A stretch of 64,000 nucleotides of DNA, taken from Ignavibacteriota bacterium (GTDB lineage: Bacteria; Bacteroidota; Ignavibacteria; UBA10030). The stretch lies in contig CAVSHO010000011.1 of the NCBI GenBank assembly GCA_963727825.1, forward strand, positions 192,001 through 256,000, read 5' to 3'. Shown in pieces: positions 10,450 to 21,030 of the stretch. Positions within the stretch are counted from its first letter, which is position 1, and each line of letters starts with the position of its first letter. The notes under the pieces were generated by a model. It was given only the letters and a program-made list of their open reading frames with translations, ran no database searches and was not told the origin of the DNA. The position numbers and the translations under genes are program-made.

Positions 10450-11529
10450 TTAACGCTGAATTCGAGCCGATCCGCCTTTAGCAAATGCTTTCACTTGATC
10501 AAGAGTTACCATAGTTGTATCACCTGGAGTCGTCGTCAACATTGCTCCATGAGCCCAGCCAAGATTGACTGCTTCTTGCGGTTGTTCACCTGATAATAGA
10601 CCATAGAAAAATCCAGCAGCATAACCATCGCCACCACCCACACGATCGAAAACATCCAATTCAGCAGTCGGAGATTGATAGGTTTTTCCATCAACCCATG
10701 CTACCGCTGCCCAGCTATGACGATTTGTGGAATGTACTTCACGTAAAGTAGTTGCGACTGCTTTCACATTAGGATGTTTCTTCACAACGAGGTCAATCAT
10801 TTTAAAGAATGCAGTTGGGTCGAGGTTGGACTTTGATTCTACGTCTTGACCTTGAATGCCTAATCCCTTTTGCAGATCTTCTTCATTACCGACAAGCACA
10901 TCAACATTTTCTACAATCTTTGCGATAACTTCAGCTGCTTTTTTTTCACCGCCCCAAATATTCCAGAGTTTAGCACGGAAATTCAGATCGAAACTCGTAA
11001 CAGCGCCAGCTTTCTTAGCCGCCTTCATTCCCTCGATAATAACCTGGCCGGTGGATTCGGAAAGGGCAGCAAAAATTCCACCACTGTGGAACCAGCGTAC
11101 GCCTCCAGTAAAAATTTCGTCCCAATTAAAATCACCTGGCTTCAGCAAAGAACCGGCTTCGTTTGAGCGATTATAAAATACAACAGGCGGACGCACACTA
11201 TGGCCTTGATCGCTGTACACGGTCGCCATATTGGGACCGTTCACACCATTATGTCTAAACTTTTTATAAAACGGTTTTACACCCATCGCACGCACACGCT
11301 CGTTGATTAGATCTCCTATTGGATAATCAACCATTGCCGACACGATAGCTGTTTTCATTCCAAAGCAATCAGATAAGTTTGCAGCAACATTGAACTCGCC
11401 GCCGCTGACATGAATTTTACATTCTGATGCTTTCCGGAAAGGAATAATGCCAGGATCCAACCGATGCACCAAAGCACCGAGAGAAACCAAATCTAACGCA
11501 CCATCTTTCTTTACATTCAATCCACTCAT
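10450..11529 (-). CDS. PfkB-family sugar-acid kinase (KDG/gluconate kinase-like)
   Basis: SGGEFNVA, SFDLNFRAKLW, GNEED, DRVGGGDGYAAG anion-hole motif. Confidence 0.85.
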   Translation of the reverse strand: MSGLNVKKDGALDLVSLGALVHRLDPGIIPFRKASECKIHVSGGEFNVAANLSDCFGMKTAIVSAMVDYPIGDLINERVRAMGVKPFYKKFRHNGVNGPNMATVYSDQGHSVRPPVVFYNRSNEAGSLLKPGDFNWDEIFTGGVRWFHSGGIFAALSESTGQVIIEGMKAAKKAGAVTSFDLNFRAKLWNIWGGEKKAAEVIAKIVENVDVLVGNEEDLQKGLGIQGQDVESKSNLDPTAFFKMIDLVVKKHPNVKAVATTLREVHSTNRHSWAAVAWVDGKTYQSPTAELDVFDRVGGGDGYAAGFFYGLLSGEQPQEAVNLGWAHGAMLTTTPGDTTMVTLDQVKAFAKGGSARIQR

Positions 11530-11559
11530 TATTTGCTCCTTTATCTCTTATTCAAGTCT

Positions 11560-12408
11560 CTATACGCCTGCATACGCCGAGAAACCACCATCAATTGGCA
11601 GAATTATGCCGGTGACAAATTTCGATGCCGGCGACAAGAGCCACAACATTCCGCCTAACAAGTCATCAGGTACGCCAAAACGTCCCGCTGGCGTATGATC
11701 CAGGATTTTCTTGCCGCGTGCGGTCAATTCGCCTGTTGCTTTATCAGTTAATAAAAAACGATTTTGTTCTGTGAGAAAGAAACCTGGAGCGATAGCATTC
11801 ACGCGGATATTCGGTGTATATTCCTGAGCAATATGGACAGCCAGCCATTGCGTAAAATTACTGATGGCAGCTTTTGCTGCAGAGTATGCAGGGATTCGCG
11901 TTAATGGACGGAAAGCATTCATGGAAGAAACATTTAAAATAATACCTTCCTCCTGTGCAACCATAGCTTTCCCAAAGACTTGGCTGGGAATAATTGCTCC
12001 AAGTAAATTGAGATTAGCAACAAACTGAATTGCTTCAGATGGAATATCAAAGAATGACATCTCTGCACTGGTCGTTGCCTTTGGATTATTTCCACCAGCA
12101 CCGTTGATCAGAATATCTACTTTTCCATATTCTGCAAATGTTTTATCGGCAGCTTCTTGCACCTTTACTTTATCAAGCACATCAATAAAAATCGCTTTAT
12201 GCTTACCTATAGTACCGCTTAAAGACTTAAGCGTTTTTTCACCAAGCGACATCTCCCGATCGAGAATAACGACATTCGCATTGCATCCAGCAAGACAGCG
12301 TGCCATTTCGCTGCAGAGTACACCTCCGCCACCGGTGATTGCAACAGTCTTTCCTGTAAAATCATAAGCTTTTGTTAATTCCTGCGAATTCATTGTTATT
12401 CCTTTCAA
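11560..12408 (-). CDS. SDR-family D-mannonate oxidoreductase (fructuronate reductase, UxuB-like)
   Basis: TGGGGVL, INGAGGN, SSMNAFRPLTRIPAYSAAKA, NAIAPGFFLTEQNR are typical of the SDR-type mannonate oxidoreductases. Confidence 0.8.
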   Translation of the reverse strand: MKGITMNSQELTKAYDFTGKTVAITGGGGVLCSEMARCLAGCNANVVILDREMSLGEKTLKSLSGTIGKHKAIFIDVLDKVKVQEAADKTFAEYGKVDILINGAGGNNPKATTSAEMSFFDIPSEAIQFVANLNLLGAIIPSQVFGKAMVAQEEGIILNVSSMNAFRPLTRIPAYSAAKAAISNFTQWLAVHIAQEYTPNIRVNAIAPGFFLTEQNRFLLTDKATGELTARGKKILDHTPAGRFGVPDDLLGGMLWLLSPASKFVTGIILPIDGGFSAYAGV

Positions 12409-12461
12409 TTAAAATTTCATTTGGCTCTTTTTCAATAATCGAATCGCTATAAGTTTAAATA

Positions 12462-13817
12462 TCATAAATCAGTGATTGGTTTATGTCGTGGAACCAGTAT
12501 TTTCATGAAACCCCATGCAGTCACATACGATAACGCACAAACAACGAACATAATCATATATGCTGTCTGTGGTGTTCCAATATAAAAATCTGTTAATCTA
12601 CCCGCTAATAATTGAATAACAACACCACCTATTCCACCTGCCATTGTACCAATACCAGTAATAGAAGCTACAGCTTTTTTAGGGAACATATCAGATACGG
12701 TTGTAAATAAATTAGCAGACCATGCTTGATGGGCAGCCGCACCTATGCAAATGATTGCCACGGCTAAATACATTGCCATTCCGCCAAAATGTTCTACATT
12801 GCCAAAATACTGTGTCAATAAAACAATAAGTGGAAACAGGGCAATTATTATCATAGTAGTCATTCGTGCCTTATAGATATGCATTCCTTTATTCATAAAT
12901 ATCATAGGAATACCGCCGCCGTATACGCTTCCAATAATTGAAATTCCATAGACAATAAAAGTAGGCCACTTTACTTCTGCCGGAGTCATTCCAAACTGTT
13001 TGATCAGATAATCCGGCAGCCAAAACAAATAGAACCACCAAACACCATCGGTAAGAAATTTGCCGAAAAAGAAAGACCATGTCTGGCGATAACTGAATAG
13101 CCTTCCCCATGGAACATGGGTACTGTCTTCTACTAATTTATCTGTTCCCTCGTCCGATGAATGGATATATTCGTACTCAGGTTTTAATAACTTTTTATGT
13201 TTTGAAGGAATTTCGTATAGCCAAAACCAGAAAATTAGCCATAAAAGTCCTATTGCACCTGTAACTATAAATGATATTTTCCAGCCAGCTTGATCGCCGT
13301 AAGTTACCATAATCCATGGTATTAACAATGCTGCAATCATAGCACCCATATTTGACCCGCTGTTAAAAATACCAAATGCAAGCGCTCGTTCTTTTTTGGG
13401 AAACCATTCAGCGACGGTTTTATTAGAAGCAGGGAAATTACCTGCCTCACCAACCGCGAATATACTCCTAATAAATACATGCACTGCAATAGTGGCACCC
13501 GCAAAAGCATTAGCTATACCTGCGAACGACCAAACTATCAAGGACCAAGCTAATCCAAGCTTTGTTCCTATTTTATCAATTAATCGACCTGCCCCAATCG
13601 TCATTCCGGCGTAAAAAGCCGTAAAGAATGCCGTAAGGTATGAAAAATCTGTATTGGTCCATCCGAAACCACCCGACTCAACCGATTTACAATAGAACGG
13701 TTTTAAATAACTGATTACCTGACGATCCATATAATTGATAGTCGTTGCAAAAAACAAAAGTGCACAGATCACCCACCGATAATTGCCAATTTTCATCTTC
13801 ATATCATCTGTCATCAT
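12462..13817 (-). CDS. MFS hexuronate transporter (ExuT-like)
   Basis: RWVICALLFFATTINYMDRQ, GEAGNFPA, AEWFPKKERA, WWFYLFWLP, AHQAWSANLFT. Confidence 0.85.
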   Translation of the reverse strand: MMTDDMKMKIGNYRWVICALLFFATTINYMDRQVISYLKPFYCKSVESGGFGWTNTDFSYLTAFFTAFYAGMTIGAGRLIDKIGTKLGLAWSLIVWSFAGIANAFAGATIAVHVFIRSIFAVGEAGNFPASNKTVAEWFPKKERALAFGIFNSGSNMGAMIAALLIPWIMVTYGDQAGWKISFIVTGAIGLLWLIFWFWLYEIPSKHKKLLKPEYEYIHSSDEGTDKLVEDSTHVPWGRLFSYRQTWSFFFGKFLTDGVWWFYLFWLPDYLIKQFGMTPAEVKWPTFIVYGISIIGSVYGGGIPMIFMNKGMHIYKARMTTMIIIALFPLIVLLTQYFGNVEHFGGMAMYLAVAIICIGAAAHQAWSANLFTTVSDMFPKKAVASITGIGTMAGGIGGVVIQLLAGRLTDFYIGTPQTAYMIMFVVCALSYVTAWGFMKILVPRHKPITDL

Positions 13818-14104
13818 TTTGTCCTTTTTAAATTCATTTGATTTATTATGAAAGTAGCTGATTTGCTTATTTGAATGCTAAAAATTTTTAGTTCTTTTTT
13901 TTCTGTGTTTGTTAATATAGTATAGATTTCTTGATTTTTCCAGAATTCTAATACTTTATATCCAAATATTTCCCTTCACTTTGTTTTCTATTAAACTAAA
14001 ACATGATCCTTATTGCTCGGTTTGCATTTACTTTGCTTTTACTGTATTTTTCCAATGTTATGTAAATAATTATATTCAATCAGTATCATACATACAAACC
14101 ATCA

Positions 14105-15457
14105 ATGACACGAACCTTTTTTCTTCTATCAATACTTTTCTATACAATATCTTTCAGTCAGTTTGGAGAAGATATGCATAGATCATCTCTAAGCTTTTTT
14201 AATCCAATTACCTTCGAAGCTGTTCCATATTGGAGTGAGGACACAACATCTATCGAACTTGCAGTTTTTTACCGGATTAATCCAGATATATTCTTTTTTG
14301 CTAAAACATACGCTGGACAGAACGAGGCATATGAGGCAAAGGGTGAATTAGTATTTGAAGTTTTTGATGAAAAAGATGTTGCCATTACACATAACTTTCG
14401 GCCTTTAAGGATCGAACGAAATTCGCTTCCAGCAGAAGGTGTTTCATTTTCAGAAGAATTACAAGGAACGCTTACATTTAAATTGAAAAAAGGATTGTAT
14501 AAAATTTTTGTAGAGACAAAAGACAGCGAATCCGGTAAATTATTTATTAATCGCGATACGAAAATTGATGCTCGAGCTTTTTCTTCCGATTTAAACTCAT
14601 CCCCTGCGATTTTTGTTGAGCCGATATCACTCGATACTTCTATAAACAATCGACTAACTTTCTTTCCGATTAATCGTGGAGGCAATGTTATTATAGGTCA
14701 AGCTGGAGGGTGTCTGATTCAGGTTATATCACCGGACACGAAAACGGCTATCCATCTCTCGTGGAAAGTGAACAGTAAAAACGAAAGTGATGAAAATATT
14801 CCGCAAGAATTACACGGTGAAAAATACATTCAGCAAAGCGGCATGCCTGTTATAATGGAGAATTCAAATCGCAATTCAATTACCACAAAAAGGGATTCGG
14901 AACGCAGCCGATTAATCTTTATTCCTTTTGCAATTGAACGATTAGAGACAGGCAAATATCAAATGACCGTAAAGATAACACAAGGATCGTTAAAGTTGAC
15001 AAAGGATTTCTTTTTCAACATTATCTGGCCATCGAAACCACATTCTCTCTCAGACTTTAAGCTGGCTGTCGAGGCGGTACGCTACATTGCGACAGAAGGA
15101 GAAATTGATAGTATGACGGCTTTCAGTTCCAGTAAATCGATGAATGCTTTCAGAACATTCTGGTACAAGCACAATCCGGATACAACGCGTGCTTTTAATC
15201 CTGCTATGGCAGAGTATTATCGCAGAGTCGATGAAACGATCAAGCGATTTTCTTCGGCTAACGAAATGGATGGCTATAGAACAGATCGTGGACGAATTTA
15301 TATTTTATTCGGTTCACCATCCATCGCAAATCGTTTGTTGAAACCTAATTCCGCGCCTACAGAAATTTGGACCTACGAAAAGCTTAAAAAAAGATTTACT
15401 TTTACAGACGAGAAGAAAACAGGAAACTATGTTTTAATTAAAATGGAGAAATATTGA
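14105..15457 (+). CDS. GWxTD domain-containing secreted protein
   Basis: Signal peptide; C-terminal EYYRRV...GYRTDRGRIYILFGSP...EIWTY (variant of the GWxTD motif). Confidence 0.8.
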   Translation: MTRTFFLLSILFYTISFSQFGEDMHRSSLSFFNPITFEAVPYWSEDTTSIELAVFYRINPDIFFFAKTYAGQNEAYEAKGELVFEVFDEKDVAITHNFRPLRIERNSLPAEGVSFSEELQGTLTFKLKKGLYKIFVETKDSESGKLFINRDTKIDARAFSSDLNSSPAIFVEPISLDTSINNRLTFFPINRGGNVIIGQAGGCLIQVISPDTKTAIHLSWKVNSKNESDENIPQELHGEKYIQQSGMPVIMENSNRNSITTKRDSERSRLIFIPFAIERLETGKYQMTVKITQGSLKLTKDFFFNIIWPSKPHSLSDFKLAVEAVRYIATEGEIDSMTAFSSSKSMNAFRTFWYKHNPDTTRAFNPAMAEYYRRVDETIKRFSSANEMDGYRTDRGRIYILFGSPSIANRLLKPNSAPTEIWTYEKLKKRFTFTDEKKTGNYVLIKMEKY

Positions 15458-16458
15458 AACCGATTATAGCTATTACTATTGGCGACTTTAACGGTGTCGG
15501 TCCTGAACTCGCAATTAAATCAGCGGTAAATCAATCAGTATTAAAAAACTGTACCCCTCTGCTTGTTGGTCCTCTAAGAGTATTTGAACACACTGCAAAG
15601 CAATATAAGTTAAAATTTAAATTTGAAAGAGCTACTCTTGCATCACTCCAACGGCCGTCATCAAATACTACTCCTATTGTTGATGTTGCCGATGGTATCG
15701 GTGCAGATATCCAATATGGAATTCCAACTAAAGCTTCCGGAAGATCTGCCGGAAGCGCCATTGAACGAGCGGTTGAATTGTGCTTGCAAAATAAAGTAGC
15801 TGCAATGGTAACTGCACCGGTATCAAAAGAAGCGCTTAATTCTGCTGGTTTCAATTTTCCCGGTCAAACAGAAATGATTGCTCTGCTGACGAGTTCACAA
15901 AGTGTGGCAATGATGCTGATCTCTGATACAATGCGAGTTGGATTAGTTACAATCCATACCGGATTAAAAAACGTCGCGGCGCAAATATCCAAAGAAAAGG
16001 TCATTGAGAAGATTTCTATTATCGATAAATCGCTGAAGAAAGACTTCCGTTTAAAGAAACCAAAACTCGCCATTCTTGCTCTCAATCCGCATGGCGGCGA
16101 GAATGGTTTAATTGGAACGGAAGAAAACGAAGTTATTATTCCTGCAATTGCAGAGTCTCAATCAGCAGGAATTCTTGCCACAGGTCCCTTCCCCGCCGAT
16201 GCATTTTTTGGCAACAAATTGTATAAAAATTTTGATGTTATTGTGGCAATGTACCACGACCAAGGTCTAATTCCGTTAAAGATGAATTCCTTTAGCAAAG
16301 GAGTTAACTTTTCAGCAGGACTTAAGATCATACGCACATCGCCTGACCATGGCACTGCATATGATATTGCGGGAAAGAATAAAGCTAATATATCTAGTAT
16401 GCTCGAAGCAATCAAAATAGCATTGACAATATCAAAGAATAGGCGGAAAAATGATTGA
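15454..16458 (+). CDS. pdxA: 4-hydroxythreonine-4-phosphate dehydrogenase
   Basis: ITIGDFNGVGPE, TAPVSKE, LNPHGGE, AMYHDQGLIP, RTSPDHGTAYDIAG. Confidence 0.93.
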   Translation: MKPIIAITIGDFNGVGPELAIKSAVNQSVLKNCTPLLVGPLRVFEHTAKQYKLKFKFERATLASLQRPSSNTTPIVDVADGIGADIQYGIPTKASGRSAGSAIERAVELCLQNKVAAMVTAPVSKEALNSAGFNFPGQTEMIALLTSSQSVAMMLISDTMRVGLVTIHTGLKNVAAQISKEKVIEKISIIDKSLKKDFRLKKPKLAILALNPHGGENGLIGTEENEVIIPAIAESQSAGILATGPFPADAFFGNKLYKNFDVIVAMYHDQGLIPLKMNSFSKGVNFSAGLKIIRTSPDHGTAYDIAGKNKANISSMLEAIKIALTISKNRRKND

Positions 16459-17122
16459 TATACAAAACGTTAGTGTTTCATTCGACAACCAGCGTGTACT
16501 TGACGGTATAAATTTTTCGATGAAACAGAGCGAGTTTGTCTACTTGGTCGGTCAAACAGGTATGGGCAAAAGTACTCTAATGCGTTTGATGTATTTTGAT
16601 TTACTGCCATCTTCGGGCAAAGTAAGAGTTGCTAGTTATGATTCTGCTTCTATTACAAGCCGACAGATACCTCGCATACGACGACGGCTTGGAATTGTAT
16701 TCCAGGACTTTAAATTGCTGGAAGATCGCAATGTGTATGATAACGTTGCATTTGCATTATTTGTTACGAATGCACAACGCAGCGAAATCAAAAAGAAAGT
16801 ATTGCATGTTCTTGCCGATGTTGGTATAAGTCATAAGCGTTATCAGATGCCGAACGAATTATCCGGTGGCGAACAGCAACGCATAGTTATTGCGCGTGCT
16901 CTGGTAAACGAGCCGGTTGTTTTATTAGCAGATGAGCCTACTGGTAATCTTGATCCGACATCTTCTGCAGAAATCATGGAACTTCTCACAAAAATCAATA
17001 TGCGCGGCACCGCCATCCTGATGGCAACTCATAACTATGATCTCGTTAAAAAATATCCTGCTAGAGTTGTTCAGCTAAAGGAAGGAAAACTTTTCGAAGT
17101 GGAAATGAAAAAAGTGAAATAG
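16451..17122 (+). CDS. ftsE: Cell division ABC ATPase
   Basis: GQTGMGKST, RRRLGIVFQDFKLL, LSGGEQQR, LLADEPTGNLD, MATH. Confidence 0.85.
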   Translation: MIDIQNVSVSFDNQRVLDGINFSMKQSEFVYLVGQTGMGKSTLMRLMYFDLLPSSGKVRVASYDSASITSRQIPRIRRRLGIVFQDFKLLEDRNVYDNVAFALFVTNAQRSEIKKKVLHVLADVGISHKRYQMPNELSGGEQQRIVIARALVNEPVVLLADEPTGNLDPTSSAEIMELLTKINMRGTAILMATHNYDLVKKYPARVVQLKEGKLFEVEMKKVK

Positions 17123-17204
17123 AATTTAAAGCCTTTGCGAGATCACAAAGTTTAACTTAGTTATATTGCGAAAGTGCCATAGATATTTTACAAAAGTTTT
17201 TCGG

Positions 17205-17435
17205 CTATTTTACCTGTTCAACTCGCTTTACTTCTGGATGCTCGATCATTAATGCGCGCTCGATACCCGCACGCAATGTCATTAACGACATTGGACAGCC
17301 CACGCATGATCCAAGTAATCGCACTTCAATAATACCGTTATCTTTGACCTGCACTAATTGAACATCTCCGCCATCTATCGCGAGAAAAATACGAAGACGC
17401 GAAAGACTTACTTCAATTTCTTGTGATGTTAACAC
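17205..17435 (-). CDS. NifU C-terminal (Nfu-type) Fe-S carrier protein
   Basis: DGGDVQLV...LLGSCVGCPMSLMTLRAGIE. Confidence 0.88.
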   Translation of the reverse strand: MLTSQEIEVSLSRLRIFLAIDGGDVQLVQVKDNGIIEVRLLGSCVGCPMSLMTLRAGIERALMIEHPEVKRVEQVK

Positions 17436-17439
17436 TTCA

Positions 17440-17979
17440 TTACCCTTTTAAGAATAAATCAATTCTCTTTTTTTGTCGAAGATGATGTCGGTAGTGCATT
17501 ACAATTAATTGATACCATTCCTTTGCTCCCAAATATCCAAACGCTGGATGCTTAGCTTTTCCGAAATGAACTGCATTATCAATTTCACCAGATAAATTTT
17601 GAAGTCGTTTTTGTAACAATCCCATTCCTGCCAAAATATTTTCTCTACTTTCTGGTTGTTTTGGAGTATAAGTTGGAGACGGCGGTACTTTGACACGAAC
17701 CGGCGGAAATGAATTTATACAAAACATCAGTTTGCCGGGGAAACTCTTTTTTTCTTTCTGATTTGCGTTGTTTGAAAGGCATTGTTCAATTTGCTTTATT
17801 TGGTAGTTTAATGTTCCAAACACAAGATGCCCATATACCTGTCCTATAGACCAACTCTCGGAGGAAGGTTTCTTGGAAAATTGTTCATCAGAATATTTTC
17901 CTAACTCTGATTCCCAAATACTAGATATTTGCAAATACTTATCAAATAAATCTTCCGTTGTCATTTTTCCAGTCAGCAT
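17440..17979 (-). CDS. DinB/YfiT-family protein
   Basis: WSIGQVYGHL...HPAFG...MHYRHHLRQ His motifs. Confidence 0.75.
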   Translation of the reverse strand: MLTGKMTTEDLFDKYLQISSIWESELGKYSDEQFSKKPSSESWSIGQVYGHLVFGTLNYQIKQIEQCLSNNANQKEKKSFPGKLMFCINSFPPVRVKVPPSPTYTPKQPESRENILAGMGLLQKRLQNLSGEIDNAVHFGKAKHPAFGYLGAKEWYQLIVMHYRHHLRQKKRIDLFLKG

Positions 17980-18003
17980 TATATATAGATAGATACTCTA
18001 ACA

Positions 18004-19102
18004 TTAATTCTGATTTGGCATCAATATTTCTATCTTTGGCATTGATGGCGTTCCAAGATATTGAATACTTATCTGTGCCGCAAGCTGTCTTGCTATGCTT
18101 TGAATAATTTTTCCCTGTTGAGAGTCCAGTTCTCCATGAACGATTGGGTTACCCTTATCTCCTCCTATCCGCACCTTTATATCAATTGGAATTTCGCCAA
18201 GGAACGGAACATTAAGCTCTTCAGCTGTTCGCTTACCGCCTCCGCTGTCAAATATATTTTCGCGTTGGCCGCAGTGATTGCAAATGAAGTAACTCATATT
18301 CTCAATAATACCCAATACCGGAACATTAACCTTATTGAACATTACCAATCCCTTCTTTGCATCTGCAAGCGCCACATCCTGCGGTGTTGTAACAATAACT
18401 GCGCCTGTCAACGGAATTGTTTGTACAAGCGTTAGCTGAACATCGCCTGTACCCGGAGGCAAATCAAAAATTAGATAATCCAATTCGCCCCAATTTACAT
18501 CCGACATAAATTGCTTTACTGCGCCGCTTGCCATAGGTCCTCGCCAAATAACGGCTTCCATCGGATCGACAAGGAAACCGATCGACATAATTTTTACACC
18601 ATAACGTTCCAATGGTTGAAGTTTATTATCCAATACTTTCGGTCGATCATTGATACCGAACATAAGCGGAATACTTGGTCCATAGACGTCGGCGTCGACA
18701 AGCCCGACCTTTGCACCATCCATAGCAAGTGCTACGGCAAGATTCACGGCAACTGTCGATTTACCAACGCCGCCTTTTCCACTTGCCACAGCAATTGTAT
18801 TCTTCACGCCGGGTAATATAGTAACTTTTTGTGCATGCGTATTTCGCTGGACATTTGAAGTCATATTGATATCGATCTTTTCTACTTCTTCAATGGTACT
18901 GCGAATAGCTTTTTCACACTCTACAATGAATTGATCCCGAACCGGACATGCCGGTGTCGTTAGCTGCAGATCGAATTTCACATTGCTTCCGGTGATAATC
19001 AGATTCTTAACAAATCCAAGTTCCACAATATTACGGTGCAAATCAGGGTCTTTGACTTGTTTCAGTGATTCTAAGAATATTTTCTTCTGTCAGTTTCAGC
19101 AT
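18004..19102 (-). CDS. mrp: Mrp/NBP35 (ApbC) Fe-S cluster carrier ATPase (apparent indel at ~19075)
   Basis: LTTPACP, ASGKGGVGKST, DADVYGPS, DLPPGTGD, ENMS..CNHC. Upstream ATG 19102 (MLKLTEE) is out of frame with the downstream ..LKQVKDPDLHRNIVELG. Confidence 0.9.
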
Positions 19103-19182
19103 ATTATTGATTTTTCTTTTTTATTGAATTTATAAGTTTGATGATTCAAATGATAAAACGAATGATGTAGATATTCAGTTCC

Positions 19183-20601
19183 CTATCCTTTTATCACTCC
19201 AATTGGAATCATCTTTGCAACTTTGCGCGAGATACCTGCATTGTGTACGACATCTACGACATCGCTTACATCTTTGTACGCCTCGGGCTTTTCTTCTGTC
19301 AAACCGCTCCTGGACGCGCTGCGTACGTGAATGCCTTTTTCTTTTAGCTGATGAATCAATTCCTCAGCGTTTGCATTTCGTTTCGCCGCATGCCGGCTCA
19401 TTGCTCTGCCAGCACCGTGACAAGTCGAGCCAAAAGTCTCTGCCATTGCCCGCTCTGTGCCAACTAATACATACGAACAGGTGCCCATACTACCAGGAAT
19501 CAGGACAGGTTGTCCAACATTAAAATAGTCTTTTGGAATTTCTGGCCTATGTTTTGGGAAAGCACGCGTGGCTCCTTTTCGATGCACCAATACTCGTCCT
19601 CCGACACTGTGAGTTTCTTCTTTTGCAATATTGTGGGCTACATCATAAACTAACTTTAATTCACTATTCCCCAGAATATTCTTAAATGCCTGCCGAGTCC
19701 AATGACTCATCATCTGGCGATTGGCAAATGCAAAATTTGCGGCTGCTGCCATTGCCTTCAAATAACGTTGACCTTCTTGAGATTTAATTGGCACACAAGC
19801 AAGCTGACGATCTACTACTTTGATGCCGTACTTCGGCATCGCTTCCTGCATCTCTTCCAAATAATCTGTACAGACTTGATGACCAAGGCCGCGAGAGCCA
19901 CTGTGAATCATAACTACAATTTGATTAAGCCACAAACCAAAAGTTCTCGCTGCTTCTTCGTCAAATATTTCTTTTACATACTGAACTTCGATAAAATGAT
20001 TGCCAGAACCTAATGTACCAAGCTGATCTCGTCCCCGTTGTTTTGCGCGGCGGCTGACTTCTTTTAGATCAGCGGTGGCAATTGTGCCGCGTTCTTCGAT
20101 GTGATCAATATCAGACATAGTACCATAACCATTCTCAACAGCCCAACTTGCACCTTTTTCTAATACTTCATCAAGTTGCTCGAATGACAAATCAATAATT
20201 CCAGATTTGCCCGCTCCGCAAGGAATATCGTTGAATAACTGATTAAGCAACGTGTCAAGTTTCGGTTTTAATTCGTCCAGCAATATATTCGATGCAAGCA
20301 GCCGTACACCACAATTAATATCAAAACCAACGCCGCCCGCCGAGACGATCCCTTTTTCGATATCTGCCGCTGCTACTCCACCAATTGCAAAACCATAACC
20401 TTGATGTGCATCTGGCATTGCAAGCGACCGACCAACCAACCCAGGAAGTGTCGCCACATTGGCAATCTGAGTTAATGTCTGATCCTTTTCGATGGCAATA
20501 ATGAGTTCATCATTAGCATAAATCAATCCCTCTACCTTCATACCCGCTTGAAAGGATTTCGGAATTACGTAGCGATAATCGTCTAATTTCTTGAGTGTCA
20601 T
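19183..20601 (-). CDS. rtcB: RtcB RNA ligase (archaeal/eukaryote-like type)
   Basis: MPDAHQGYGF, GFDINCGVR, GTLGSGNHFIE, HSGSRG, YDVAHN, HRKGATR, STCHGAGR. Confidence 0.95.
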   Translation of the reverse strand: MTLKKLDDYRYVIPKSFQAGMKVEGLIYANDELIIAIEKDQTLTQIANVATLPGLVGRSLAMPDAHQGYGFAIGGVAAADIEKGIVSAGGVGFDINCGVRLLASNILLDELKPKLDTLLNQLFNDIPCGAGKSGIIDLSFEQLDEVLEKGASWAVENGYGTMSDIDHIEERGTIATADLKEVSRRAKQRGRDQLGTLGSGNHFIEVQYVKEIFDEEAARTFGLWLNQIVVMIHSGSRGLGHQVCTDYLEEMQEAMPKYGIKVVDRQLACVPIKSQEGQRYLKAMAAAANFAFANRQMMSHWTRQAFKNILGNSELKLVYDVAHNIAKEETHSVGGRVLVHRKGATRAFPKHRPEIPKDYFNVGQPVLIPGSMGTCSYVLVGTERAMAETFGSTCHGAGRAMSRHAAKRNANAEELIHQLKEKGIHVRSASRSGLTEEKPEAYKDVSDVVDVVHNAGISRKVAKMIPIGVIKG

Positions 20602-20604
20602 CTC

Positions 20605-21024
20605 TTAGATGTCCACAAACACACGCGCTGTCCAATCTCCGCTATGTCCCTCAATCTTGAGCTGATGATATGTGATAGCTTTAACGTCGAGGTTGAGGTT
20701 GTGCTTAGCAGCATTAAATGGTTCACCTAAAATTTTTGCTTTCAACAACGTATCACTAAGCACCTCGAATTCTACTGCTGCAGTTAAAAACCTTTCAGCA
20801 TCACATAGGAAGAGAACCTCTGTTAACCATCGAACAAGCAAGTTTTCGCGGTCGATTGCAGGAATGCTTATTGTTCGTTCTATAAGGGGTTCAATTATTG
20901 AAGTTCCCGCAATCACAAATATCAATCCGAGAGCAGCATTGCGATACATCTCCTCTCTCGTACTTCCATGAGCCTCAATGCCTAAATCGGATGGATGTTC
21001 AAGTATTTCGTATGCCGGTGTCAA
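20605..21024 (-). CDS. Archease
   Basis: YEILEHPSDLGI...VKAITYH...ARVFVDI; 3 bp upstream of rtcB. Confidence 0.92.
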   Translation of the reverse strand: MTPAYEILEHPSDLGIEAHGSTREEMYRNAALGLIFVIAGTSIIEPLIERTISIPAIDRENLLVRWLTEVLFLCDAERFLTAAVEFEVLSDTLLKAKILGEPFNAAKHNLNLDVKAITYHQLKIEGHSGDWTARVFVDI

Positions 21025-21030
21025 TTCAAA

